DNA of 64,000 nt, taken from NCBI RefSeq assembly GCF_016433145.1, contig NC_058133.1, positions 249,319,735 through 249,383,734 on the forward strand, given 5' to 3'. The position numbers were made by a program, and so were the translations under genes. Source of the DNA: Gracilinanus agilis (Eukaryota). The notes beneath the pieces are model-generated. The model was not told where the DNA came from. It was given only the letters and a program-made list of their open reading frames with translations, and ran no database searches. Every line of letters starts with the position of its first letter. The first letter of the stretch is position 1. This document shows, piece after piece, positions 63,610 to 64,000 of the stretch.

Positions 63610-63810
63610 GGGAGTATTCCTCCCAAGGTCGACAGATATATTGGAGTAGTTTGCCATTTCCTTCTACAGCTCATTTTACAGATGAGGAAACTGAGGCAAA
63701 GAGTGTATAAGTGATCTGCCCACAATCAGTTATGAAGGGTCTGAAGCTGAACTTCAGAAACAGAAGCCTTCCTGACTTAAGGCCTGATACTTTATAGACT
63801 ATGCCACCAA
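63610..63810 (-). mobile_element. MAR1-type CORE-SINE
   Basis: ggagtagtttgccatttccttct...cattttacagatgaggaaactgaggc...aagtgatctgccc. Confidence 0.7.
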
Positions 63811-64000
63811 GATGTCCCCATACTTTGCACATAGTAAGTATTTAAAAAAGATTTGATCAACTTAACTTGTTATTTCCTAACTACTCCTAGCTCACCATTT
63901 CTGAAAAAATGATGATTTCTGGCCTAGAGTCAAGCCTGTGATAATTAGATTAAATCTACACTGCTCATCTTTATATTTAATCACCAAAGATGAGAACACC

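Noticed and set aside
1-64000. CRISPR arrays, rRNA, operons or other prokaryotic systems
   Set aside because: The sequence is mammalian, and there are no regularly spaced repeat-spacer arrays.

Overview
Marsupial genomic DNA, most likely a didelphid opossum such as Monodelphis. This is inferred from the many young SINE1_Mdo-like tRNA/CORE SINEs, MAR1 elements and opossum-type L1. The window is syntenic with human 17p13.1, in reverse orientation. It contains ARHGEF15 (minus strand, all coding exons), SLC25A35 (plus, complete, 300 aa), RANGRF/MOG1 (minus, complete, 188 aa) and PFAS exons ~4-28 (minus; the 5' end lies beyond the window). I reconstructed all four genes exon by exon, and every junction is GT-AG and phase-consistent. 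The main non-syntenic feature is an intronless latexin (LXN) retrocopy at 18906-19739. It has a fully open 224-aa ORF, AATAAA, a poly(A) tail and a 16-bp TSD, and it lies head-to-head with the ARHGEF15 5' end. Three loci show repeated use of one L1-endonuclease target (triple TSDs). ARHGEF15 appears C-terminally truncated and lacks the second Tyr of the LYQxY motif. There is an orphan multi-CCAAT promoter at ~2.7-3.2 kb, a hAT MITE with a perfect 8-bp TSD, and several solo LTRs. I found no tRNA, rRNA, snRNA or CRISPR loci. Comparisons to human and mouse proteins and repeat-family names are from memory, not database searches.
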